Assembly: GCA_004028505.1 (NCBI GenBank)
Contig: MTKO01000129.1
Span: 30,559 to 54,558, forward strand
Length of the DNA: 24,000 bases
Reading direction: 5' to 3'
Source: Candidatus Electrothrix aarhusensis
GTDB taxonomy: Bacteria > Desulfobacterota > Desulfobulbia > Desulfobulbales > Desulfobulbaceae
Both the position numbers and the translations under genes were made by a program. Positions 1 to 7,683 of this stretch are shown here, piece after piece. Positions within the stretch are counted from its first letter, which is position 1. The number at the start of each line of letters is the position of its first letter. The notes below the pieces were generated by a model, which saw nothing but the letters and a program-made list of their open reading frames with translations, searched no databases and was not told the DNA's origin.

Positions 1-1
1 G

Positions 2-916
2 TACCGGGTTGTAGCGATACAGGGGCCAGTGACCGCAAGCAACCGCTAGTTTCTGCTGATCAAGTCCCTTAGCCAGATTCAGGCCGTGGTTGATGCAGTG
101 TGAGTAGGCGATGATAAGGGACGGTCCGTCGTAGGCTTCAGCCTCGTTGATCGCCTTAACCAGCTGCTGTGGGTTGGCACCCAGAGAAACCTTGGCCACG
201 TAGACGTTGCCGTAGGTGGAGAAGATCATACCCATATCCTTCTTAGGCATTTTCTTTCCGCCAGCTGCGAACTGCGCCACTGCGGCACGCGGGGTGGACT
301 TGGACATCTGACCACCGGTGTTGGAGTAGACCTCGGTGTCCAGTACCATAACATTGACGTTCTCGCCAGAAGCCAGAACATGATCCAGGCCGCCGTAGCC
401 AATGTCGTAGGCCCAACCGTCGCCGCCGAAGATCCATACGGACTTCTTGACCAGATAATCAGCTACAGGCAGGAGTCGGGAAGCTGTGACGCTGTTGTTA
501 CCAGCCAGAGCTGCTTTCAGCTCTTCAACCCGCGCCCGCTGAGCTTCGATTTCGTCCTGATTTTTCTGGTTTGCATCCAGCAGAGAATCGGCAAGTTCCT
601 GGGAAACGAGCCCTTCTTCAGCAGCAAGAGTCAGTAACTCAGCAGCCTGCATGCCCAGCTTGTTGGCGCTTTGACGCATGCCCAGACCGTACTCAGCGTT
701 ATCCTCGAACAGGGAGTTGGACCAGGAAGGACCGCGTCCGTCAGCGCGTTGTGAATACGGGGTGGTGGGCAGGTTGCCGCCATAGATAGAGGAACAGCCT
801 GTGGCGTTGGCCACCATCATCCGGTCACCGAACAGCTGAGTAACCAGTTTGATGTACGGGGTCTCGCCACAGCCTGCACAGGCACCGGAGAACTCGAACA
901 GGGGTCGCTTGAGCTG
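2..916 (-). CDS. nifJ: Pyruvate:ferredoxin/flavodoxin oxidoreductase (single-polypeptide PFOR), C-terminal TPP-binding part. It is out of frame with 817..3366, and its 3' end lies beyond the window edge.
   Basis: Reverse-strand translation in the frame with codons 2-4, 5-7 and so on reads QLKRPLFEFSGACAGCGETPYIKLVTQLFGDRMMVANATGCSSIYGG...WIFGGDGWAYDIGYGGLDHVLASGENVNVMVLDTEVYSNTGGQ...IIAYSHCINHG...GHWPLYRYNP. This is the conserved PFOR C-terminal domain with its GDG TPP motif. There is no stop before position 1, which explains its absence from the ORF track. Confidence 0.9.
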
Positions 917-3366
917 CTTCCCTTGACGGTTGCCGGATTAATGGAAGCGTTAGCCATTTCAGGCAGAGCCATGAAGGTCTTCCAGTTGGCCTGGGACTCT
1001 TTCAATACCGCGTCGGTATTGGGGATCATCTTGAGGGCTGACTCGTCCGTCTTGTTGCCTTCTGCATCTTTCTTCCGAGCCGGACAAGCGGTGGAACAGA
1101 GCGTACAACCTGCGCAGTCGGCACTGGATATCTGAACAGTGAATTTGCTGCCTTTGAATTCCTTGCCGTTGGCATCAGCGGTTTTAAACGTATCGTTCGC
1201 ACCTGCCGTTTTCAAAGCATCTTCCGTGGCAACCTTGATGCGGATACAGCCGTGCGGGCAGACCAGAGAACATTTACCGCATTGAATACAGGTTTCCGGA
1301 GACCATTCCGGTACGTTGACCGCAATATTACGTTTTTCCCACTGGGTGGTGGCGGTGGGCCAGCGACCATCGGCAGGCATTTCAGAAACCTTGATCTGAT
1401 CGCCTTTGCCTTCGATCATCTTGGCGGTCACCTGCTTAACAAACTCAGGGGCCTCGGCAGGTACAGTCTCCGGCAGCTCATGACCTGTGATGTTGTCAGG
1501 CAGGGTAACCTCGACGATATTATTGACTGCACCGTCAACTGCGTCGTAGTTCATGTTGACGATTTTGTCGCCTTTCTTGCCGTAGGTCTTCTTGATCGCA
1601 GTCTTGATTGCGTCGATTGCCTCATCCTTCTTGAGGATACCGGAGATCAGGAAGAAGGCGGTCTGCATGATCATATTGATGCGCGCGCCCAGTCCGATGG
1701 CAATACCGAGCTTGAGAGCGTCGATGATATAGAACTTGGCGTTCTTGTCGATCAGTTGCTGCTGCACCTTGGCTGGCAGCTCGTTCCAGACGCTGTCCTT
1801 ATCAAGGGTGGTGGTGAGCAGAAAGGTGCCGCCGTCTTCCAGATTGGCCAGCATGTCGTAGCTATTCAGGAAGGTGAAGTTATGGCAGGCTACAAAGCTA
1901 GCCTTGTTGATCAGATACGGAGCCACAACCTGATTCTCGCCAAAGCGGAGATGGGACACGGTCATGGAGCCTGATTTCTTGGAATCGTAGACAAAATAGC
2001 CCTGAGCCGAGTTGTCAGTCTCTGTACCGATGATCTTGATAGTGTTCTTGTTCGCACCGACCGTACCGTCAGAACCCAAACCGTAGAACATGGCTCGGTA
2101 GACATCATCGCCTTCGATATTATAGGACTTGTCGTAGCTCAGTGAGGTGTGGGTTACGTCATCATTGGGACCGACACAGAAATGGTTTTTCGGAGCCATG
2201 GAAACCATGTTGTCGTACACAGCCTTGACCATTGCCGGGCTAAATTCCGCAGAACCCAAACCGTAACGACCAGCCAGTACCAAGGGCATAAACATGGTCG
2301 GATTGGCTTCAGCAGCCTCACCTATAGCAGCGCGGACATCCAGGTACAGCGGATCTCCCGGTGCGCCTGGCTCTTTGCAGCGATCCAAAACGGTAAGGCG
2401 CTCAACAGAGGAGGGCAAGGCATTAACCATAGCCTTCATGTCAAAGGGACGGAACAGGCGGACAATAACCATGCCCACTTTACGACCGTCAGCAACCAGA
2501 TGATCAATGGTGGCTGCTACAGTTTCAGCACCAGAACCCATGATAACAACTACGTCTGTTGCATCAGGTGCGCCGTAGTAATCAAAAAGATTATACTGAC
2601 GACCGGTCAGAGCGGCGAACTTGTCCATGGTTTCCTGAACAATTCCGGGGATCGCATTATAGTACTTATTGACCGTCTCGCGACCGGTGAAGTAAACATC
2701 CGGGTTCTGAGCTGTACCTGACATAGAAGGACGATCCGGGGTCAGAGCGCGTTCACGGTGTGCGGTGATCAGCTTCTCGTCGATCATTTCCAGCATATCT
2801 TCGTTGGTCAGCTGCTCCATCTTCTGGATCTCATGGGAGGTTCGGAAGCCGTCAAAGAAATGGAGGAAGGGAATGCGTGAAGCCAGGGTGGCCTGGGTGG
2901 AGATCAGGGCCATATCCTGCGCTTCCTGAACATTCTGCGAGCAGAGCTGAGCCCAGCCGGTCTGGCGGGCGCTCATCACGTCACCGTGATCACCGAAAAT
3001 GGACAGACCCTGGCAGGCCAAGGAACGAGCCGTAACATGGAAAACGGTCGGGGTCAGCTCACCGGCCAGCTTGTACATGTTAGGCAGCATCAGCAGCAGG
3101 CCCTGAGAAGCGGTAAAAGTGGTGCAAAGTGCGCCAGTGGCCAAGGAACCGTGCAGAGAACCGGCAACGCCGCCTTCAGATTGCATCTGCGAGATAACCG
3201 GTATAGAGCCCCAGATATTCTTCTGTTTTGCGGTGGCTTTAGCATCAGCCTCTGCCGCCATCGGAGAAGAGGGAGTAATTGGATAGATGGTGATTACTTC
3301 ACTGGTAGCGTAGGCAACATGCGTACACGCCTGATTGCCGTCAATAGTGACCATTTTTCGCGACAT
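817..3366 (-). CDS. nifJ: Pyruvate:ferredoxin/flavodoxin oxidoreductase, N-terminal ~815 aa. The last ~33 aa of the track ORF are out-of-frame read-through.
   Basis: The 849-aa ORF starts MSRKMVTIDGNQACTHVAYATSEVITIYPITPSSPMA. It carries the ferredoxin-like insert CIQCGKCSLVCPHGCIR...CAGCTLCSTACP (two 4Fe-4S motifs). Recognisable PFOR sequence ends at ...INPATVKG, and the tail SSSSDPCSSSPVPVQAVARPRTSNWLLSCSVTG is the wrong frame of the next PFOR domain. An RBS-like AAGGGAGA lies 8 nt upstream of the ATG. Confidence 0.95.
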   Translation of the reverse strand: MSRKMVTIDGNQACTHVAYATSEVITIYPITPSSPMAAEADAKATAKQKNIWGSIPVISQMQSEGGVAGSLHGSLATGALCTTFTASQGLLLMLPNMYKLAGELTPTVFHVTARSLACQGLSIFGDHGDVMSARQTGWAQLCSQNVQEAQDMALISTQATLASRIPFLHFFDGFRTSHEIQKMEQLTNEDMLEMIDEKLITAHRERALTPDRPSMSGTAQNPDVYFTGRETVNKYYNAIPGIVQETMDKFAALTGRQYNLFDYYGAPDATDVVVIMGSGAETVAATIDHLVADGRKVGMVIVRLFRPFDMKAMVNALPSSVERLTVLDRCKEPGAPGDPLYLDVRAAIGEAAEANPTMFMPLVLAGRYGLGSAEFSPAMVKAVYDNMVSMAPKNHFCVGPNDDVTHTSLSYDKSYNIEGDDVYRAMFYGLGSDGTVGANKNTIKIIGTETDNSAQGYFVYDSKKSGSMTVSHLRFGENQVVAPYLINKASFVACHNFTFLNSYDMLANLEDGGTFLLTTTLDKDSVWNELPAKVQQQLIDKNAKFYIIDALKLGIAIGLGARINMIMQTAFFLISGILKKDEAIDAIKTAIKKTYGKKGDKIVNMNYDAVDGAVNNIVEVTLPDNITGHELPETVPAEAPEFVKQVTAKMIEGKGDQIKVSEMPADGRWPTATTQWEKRNIAVNVPEWSPETCIQCGKCSLVCPHGCIRIKVATEDALKTAGANDTFKTADANGKEFKGSKFTVQISSADCAGCTLCSTACPARKKDAEGNKTDESALKMIPNTDAVLKESQANWKTFMALPEMANASINPATVKGSSSSDPCSSSPVPVQAVARPRTSNWLLSCSVTG

Positions 3367-3379
3367 AAAAAAATCTCCC

Positions 3380-3393
3380 TTAATCGTGAGGTT
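3380..3393. promoter_or_regulatory. 14-nt motif TTAATCGTGAGGTT, copy 1, located 14-27 nt upstream of the PFOR start codon
   Basis: Exact 14/14 identity with 7684..7697 in the ferredoxin leader. Function is unknown; it is a candidate operator. Confidence 0.3.
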
Positions 3394-3711
3394 GACGTAT
3401 TTCGGCGGTACTGCCGAAAAATAAAATTATAAATTAAAGTGTGAACAGGTACTGTTTATTTTGTTATGCAGGTGTTCTGAATAGGCCCGGTCTCAATATA
3501 TGTCTGATCGGCAGATTGCGCCGAGCAGGTTTCCGTGATACAAAGTAAAGCTTTCCTGATAGGTTGGTTTACTTTGATGCGTAGAGACAGGGTTGGATAG
3601 CAATGCATTCATAAAAGAACAAAAATCTATCATTATAGAACAGAATCGCCAATAATGCAAGAGTGAAAGCGTGCAACTAAGGTCAGATCTCTTCATAACA
3701 GTGATAACATA

Positions 3712-4341
3712 ATGTACCGGGTCATGATTTTTGATTTTGACGGAACCATTGCTGATTCATTCAGTAGCTTTTTTGTCATCTGGAACAGATTGGCCAAGGA
3801 ATGCAACTTCAGGGTGGTCGTACCCGAGGAAATCGAAACATTTCGAGGAAAGAAATCACAGGACGTGGTTCGATCCTTAAATATCCCGCTCCTCAAACTC
3901 CCTTTTGTCCTGCAACGCGCAAGAAAGGAGTTCGGAGAGATCATGCCGGAAATCCCCTTGGTGTCCGGCATGAAAGAAACCTTGGTCGGACTGCGGGAAC
4001 AAGATGTACAGCTCGGCTTGATCACTTCCAATGCATCAGAGAACGTGCAGGCTTTTCTCAAGGAGAATGAGCTGGATTGCTTTGATATTCTTTTAGCCTC
4101 ATCTGGACTCTGGGGCAAGGCAAGGCGTATACAGAAGATGGTCAGCAATCACGGGTTGGACCGTAACCATGTGCTTTATATCGGCGATGAAACCAGAGAT
4201 ATTGAGGCGGCGCATAAGGCCGGGGTGCGGGTGGCCGCTGTCACTTGGGGATACAATAATGCAGAGATGCTCAAACGTTTTTCACCGGATTATCTGGTAA
4301 GCAGGCCCCATGAGCTTTTATCGCTTGAGAAAGCGCGATAA
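3712..4341 (+). CDS. HAD-IA family hydrolase, phosphoglycolate-phosphatase-like
   Basis: 209-aa ORF with HAD motif I FDFDGTIADS, motif II LITSN and motif IV GDETRDIEAA. Confidence 0.8.
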   Translation: MYRVMIFDFDGTIADSFSSFFVIWNRLAKECNFRVVVPEEIETFRGKKSQDVVRSLNIPLLKLPFVLQRARKEFGEIMPEIPLVSGMKETLVGLREQDVQLGLITSNASENVQAFLKENELDCFDILLASSGLWGKARRIQKMVSNHGLDRNHVLYIGDETRDIEAAHKAGVRVAAVTWGYNNAEMLKRFSPDYLVSRPHELLSLEKAR

Positions 4342-4368
4342 AATCTAGCTCGTTACCCCTCCCATGTT

Positions 4369-5127
4369 CTATCTGGAGAGGATCTCAAGCCCTGCTAATC
4401 CCACACCTGTCAAGAGCAGGATCGTCAACAGCAGCAGATCGCTTTTCTGCATACCATCAGAATCGTACAGGCTGTAAAAATGCCCGGAAAAACCGCGTAA
4501 CTCCATAGCCTGTTGTATCCGAGCTGCTCGGTTCCAGCTTCGGACCAGCATCATTCCGAGCATGTAGCTGTAGGTCTTATAGGTATGCAGGTTGGTTCTT
4601 GGCTGAAAGCAGCGCAGGGTAGCAGCACGCTGCAAGCGAAACATTTCCTGCTGAATAAGAGCGATATAACGATAGGAAAAGAGAAGGAGCAGGCAGAGCT
4701 TGGGTGACAGGCGTAGTTGCTGGAGGCCGTGCCCGAGCTGTGCAGCAGTTGATGTTGCAAGCAGGCTGATAAAGAGAAGAATAACAGCATTGGACTTAAC
4801 AGTTATCAGGAGAGCGAGAAAAAAGCCGGTGCTGCTCAGATTGATCCCGATAAACGAAATATTTTTGCCAGCTGTGTAGGTCAGGGGCAGAATAAGGCAA
4901 AGCAGAAGGTTGAAGCTGTTAACAATCAGTAGGCGATGGAAAAGCTTTCTCCATGATAAATGTGCTGTAAGCACAAGAGTAAAGGCAAGCAGGAAACCGA
5001 GTAGGGCAGGTGCCCAAGTCTGACTCAGGGCGATGACCAAGCTGAGTATGCCGGTGCTGATCAGCTTCCCCCTGGGGTCTGCCCGGTGCAGAAATGAAGT
5101 ACCGTTGCTGAACTGTTCAAAAGTCAT
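4369..5127 (-). CDS. cbiQ: Cobalt/nickel ECF transporter T component (CbiQ/NikQ family)
   Basis: 252-aa polytopic membrane ORF with CbiQ/EcfT-like sequence, including the arginine-rich coupling region ...YRYIALIQQEMFRLQRAATLRCF. It is the last gene of the cbiM-led minus-strand cluster. Confidence 0.8.
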   Translation of the reverse strand: MTFEQFSNGTSFLHRADPRGKLISTGILSLVIALSQTWAPALLGFLLAFTLVLTAHLSWRKLFHRLLIVNSFNLLLCLILPLTYTAGKNISFIGINLSSTGFFLALLITVKSNAVILLFISLLATSTAAQLGHGLQQLRLSPKLCLLLLFSYRYIALIQQEMFRLQRAATLRCFQPRTNLHTYKTYSYMLGMMLVRSWNRAARIQQAMELRGFSGHFYSLYDSDGMQKSDLLLLTILLLTGVGLAGLEILSR

Positions 5128-5181
5128 GTGATCTCATAACATAACTGCAACAACAGGTTCAATAATTTTTTTTATCGTAAC

Positions 5182-5209
5182 AATCCCCCCCTTTTTTAGG
5201 GGGGGGATT
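5182..5209. other. Perfect GC hairpin (AATCCCCCCC / loop TTTTTTAG / GGGGGGGATT) between the nikK-like gene and cbiQ
   Basis: A C7 run at 5185-5191 is complementary to a G8 run at 5199-5206, flanked by AAT/ATT. It starts about 10 nt after the reconstructed nikK-like stop codon. A T-rich tract follows it only on the + strand. Confidence 0.6.
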
Positions 5210-5218
5210 ATTTGCTTT

Positions 5219-5987
5219 TTATTTGTACGCATCCAGATAGGTCCAGAGGACAGCACCCAGCTCAACACCTTTTTCGTTACCTTCAGGGTCCTTGATGGTG
5301 TAGTCGGCCTCATTCAGAGCGGCAAATCCCCACCAGCCGCCTGGGGACAGGAAAAGGTGAATACCCCATTCTCATCAGCCTTGACCACCTGGGTAACATG
5401 GTAGTCACTCGGAGCCTTGAATTTCTTGTCTTTATTATACAGCTCCACTTCAACCTCTGCGCCGGGAACCGGTTTGCCCTTGAGCAGAACCTGACCGGAA
5501 AAGCTGTTGCCTGCATAGTTGCCAAAAGGACGGGTTAGCGGCACGATCTCGGTGGCAATGCCGACCGGCTCATCCCATCCTTGATCATCACCAAAGGCAG
5601 CGATCAGCGTCTTGGTGTAATGGATGATAGATACATCCTCAGCCGGTTCCCAGTACGGGGTTGGCTCCATGACAAAGGTGTATACGCCAGGACGTTTAAT
5701 GGGCACCTCGGTTGTCCAGGATGCATGATTCATGACCGTAGTCTCCTTGAGAGCCGGAAGCAGGTCGGTCTTCTTGTCGCCTGCTACCATAAAGAAGGCT
5801 TTCGGCTTAACGAGATCCATGCCGATTATTTCAAAGGGATGGGAAAAAGAGAGGTCCAGTTTGACACTCTTTTCCTTGGGCTCTAGGATATTATCCGAAG
5901 GATAATCATCCCGAAATGGGCAAGGGCCTCACCCGTCATACAGGCGAGAAAGAGTGCGGTTGCAGCAACAGCTTTGATCTTCATCAT
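5219..5987 (-). pseudogene. Periplasmic Ni/Co-uptake accessory protein, NikK-like (DUF4198-type), disrupted by two single-base frameshifts
   Basis: Three reading-frame pieces join into one protein. (a) 5987 downwards reads MMKIKAVAATALFLACMTGEALAHFGMII, with RBS AGGAG upstream. (b) The track ORF frame reads PSDNILEPKEKSVKLDLSFSHPFEIIGMDLVKPK...FTFSCPQA. (c) A third frame reads GWWGFAALNEADYTIKDPEGNEKGVELGAVLWTYLDAYK, with stop at 5219. The frame switches lie near 5900 and 5337-5340. Confidence 0.75.
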
Positions 5988-6065
5988 GAAATACTCCTTT
6001 TTTGTATCAGATATTATTTTTTTGGATCAACATTGAGCAAGATCCTTTTTTCCGACGGGGACACC

Positions 6066-6689
6066 TTATCCGTCTGTCGAAGTCTTCTTTTTCTTCTTTG
6101 ATTGGAACCAGGCAAGGAGGGCTGCTAGACCCATAATGCAGCCGATCCCGCCAAGAATATCCCGAGGACCGGCCTTTTTTTCACGTCCTTCCGCGAGGTG
6201 TTGTTTAATGGGGATCAACTCTCTGTTCAATTCCTGCCGCACAATTGCCCGTACAGCCTCTCTATCTACAGATTCCGCTGCTGATTCTTTTGCTGGTTTT
6301 ATTACGGGCGGTTGCGCGGTCTGGATCGGATCGGAGGCTGTGGGGAGATATTCGTCTGCTGTCAGAAGCCATTCGCCGCGATGACCGTCACCTGTCTCCA
6401 CGGTGATCAACAGATCCAATTTTTGCTCAACAGCCTGTTGCGGCAGGGTGAACTGGAACGTACCTTTATCATCGGTTTGTATTGTTAGCAGGGCGACGAG
6501 TGATTCGGCATTCTGGACATGAACTGGTACATTTTTAGCCTTACGTCCTCCGCTAAAAAATGCCTCTCCGTAGATCTGCTGCTCACCTGTCCAGCAGAAG
6601 ACATTCAGCTTATGCGCTTGAGCAGGGAGTGGACTCAGTGAAAATAAGACTGCAATGAGGAGTGCTACCAGAAAACGAAACCAGTTCAT
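6066..6689 (-). CDS. Ni/Co transport accessory membrane protein, NikL-like (signal peptide, periplasmic beta-rich domain, C-terminal TM anchor)
   Basis: The likely start MNWFRFLVALLIAVLFSLSPLPAQA at 6689 overlaps the cbiM stop codon (ATGA overlap at 6686-6689). The C-terminal anchor reads ILGGIGCIMGLAALLAWF followed by a KKKKK tail. The position between cbiM and the DUF4198-type gene matches nikMLKQ-type clusters. The track's longer 230-aa version adds an implausible N-terminus inside cbiM. Confidence 0.5.
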   Translation of the reverse strand: MNWFRFLVALLIAVLFSLSPLPAQAHKLNVFCWTGEQQIYGEAFFSGGRKAKNVPVHVQNAESLVALLTIQTDDKGTFQFTLPQQAVEQKLDLLITVETGDGHRGEWLLTADEYLPTASDPIQTAQPPVIKPAKESAAESVDREAVRAIVRQELNRELIPIKQHLAEGREKKAGPRDILGGIGCIMGLAALLAWFQSKKKKKTSTDG

Positions 6690-7288
6690 GCGTATTTGAG
6701 ATGTAAAATTTCTGGCTGAACTTTGGCGATAAAACCGACAGTGAACATGGTGATGCATCCTTCAATGATCATGACCGGTACATTGGCTGCAATAATAAGT
6801 TGCGCAGCAGCTGTGAAGCCGGTATCGGTAAGGGCGAGGGCGCAGGATGTCAGCAGTGAAGCCATTAGAATTGCCAGGAAACCCGCAATAAAGGCAGCAG
6901 CAGGCCGTGTTTTAGGATTGTCCATCCAAGGACGGGTCAGATAGTAACAGCAGAGAGCTGGGACAGACATAGTGACCGTGTTCACCCCGAGAACGGCAAA
7001 ACCGCCAAATTGGAAAAATAGGGTCTGAAGAAAGAGAGCAATAAGAATCGCCGGAAAAGCAGCCCAGCCCAGCATTACTCCCAGTAGCCCGATTAACATC
7101 AGGTGGACCGACCCCGGCCCAAGAGGGACATGAATGAGTCCTGCAACAAAAAAGGCAGAAGAAAGCAGAGCAACGGGCATGACCTGTTCAAGTTCAATCT
7201 TTTTAAGCCCAATATAGGTGCCAATCGCTGCAACGACTCCTCCGCTTATCAAAACCGGCGCCGAGAGAATTCCTTCTGAAATATGCAT
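6686..7288 (-). CDS. cbiM: Cobalt/nickel ECF transporter substrate-specific component CbiM/NikM
   Basis: 200-aa polytopic membrane ORF. It begins MHISEGIL, the conserved Met-His N-terminus of this family, and contains GLIHVPLGPGSVHLMLIGLLG. Confidence 0.9.
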   Translation of the reverse strand: MHISEGILSAPVLISGGVVAAIGTYIGLKKIELEQVMPVALLSSAFFVAGLIHVPLGPGSVHLMLIGLLGVMLGWAAFPAILIALFLQTLFFQFGGFAVLGVNTVTMSVPALCCYYLTRPWMDNPKTRPAAAFIAGFLAILMASLLTSCALALTDTGFTAAAQLIIAANVPVMIIEGCITMFTVGFIAKVQPEILHLKYA

Positions 7289-7402
7289 AATGAACGGGAG
7301 TAATATTTTTTGTTTTTTTGTAACACCGGAGATGTTGTTTACTCTAAAGTGGAGATATTGTCAAGCTGTAGGTGAAAAATGTAGATGATAAGCCGTTTTC
7401 GT

Positions 7403-7424
7403 GTTTTCTTCATGGGAAGAAAAC
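7403..7424. promoter_or_regulatory. Perfect 9-bp inverted repeat GTTTTCTTC-ATGG-GAAGAAAAC, 115-136 nt upstream of cbiM
   Basis: Read directly from the sequence. An extra GTTTTC half-site lies just before it at 7395-7400. It is a candidate operator or leader hairpin. Confidence 0.3.
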
Positions 7425-7622
7425 AACTCAAACATATCTTTTTAAGTTTTCAGCTGATGCTTATTTTTTTTGTTTGTGTACGTCCGGGAAAGGAGTAAAA
7501 AAGAAAGGAGGAGATGCTGTTTTTTTATGGATTATCTGATGATTATTTTTTCGTGCTGCTGGCAAAGAATCCCGTTTGAACGCAAGGAAATATCCGGCTG
7601 AGCAGATCATGCAAAAAAAATA

Positions 7623-7650
7623 TTGACACCAAAAATATTAAGGGTATCTT
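7623..7650 (+). promoter_or_regulatory. Candidate sigma-70 promoter for the ferredoxin gene (TTGACA-N16-TATCTT)
   Basis: A consensus -35 TTGACA lies at 7623-7628 and a -10-like TATCTT at 7645-7650, about 95 nt upstream of the ATG at 7746. Confidence 0.35.
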
Positions 7651-7683
7651 TGCCGAAGTCAGTACATGTAATGTTGTACATAA

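Noticed and set aside
1252-3432. Long + strand ORFs (240, 190, 69 and 148 aa) inside the PFOR gene
   Set aside because: They are antisense to a confidently identified, highly conserved CDS. Their translations are low-complexity (G/R/H/L-rich) with no recognisable motifs. These are typical shadow ORFs.
3867-3876. tRNA T-arm-like string GGTTCGATCC
   Set aside because: It lies inside the HAD CDS, the loop is one nt short of the T-loop consensus, and no acceptor or anticodon arms can be built around it.
3493-4148. Minus-strand ORFs of 67 aa and 151 aa
   Set aside because: The 151-aa ORF is antisense to the HAD gene. The 67-aa ORF lies in the AT-rich divergent promoter region with no RBS and an odd composition.
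6690-6758. Upstream extensions offered by the ORF track: the nikL-like 230-aa form, the livM TTG at 18285, the regulator TTG at 11912, and the TTG starts at 7623 and 22659
   Set aside because: The track takes the most upstream ATG/GTG/TTG. Internal ATGs give canonical N-termini, signal peptides, RBS spacing or stop/start overlap with the preceding gene.
7514-7579. 21-aa ORF MLFFYGLSDDYFFVLLAKNPV after AAAGGAGGAG
   Set aside because: The SD-like sequence ends only 2 nt before the ATG, which is too close. The orientation is opposite to cbiM and far from the ferredoxin start. There is no supporting conservation evidence.
7289-7620. Cobalamin riboswitch or NikR operator upstream of cbiM
   Set aside because: No B12-box-like core (AGYCMGG.GACC.GCC) was found on the minus strand. 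There is only a weak AACA-N7-TGTT dyad near a GTAACAC word at 7320-7326. I cannot support either call without a covariance-model scan.
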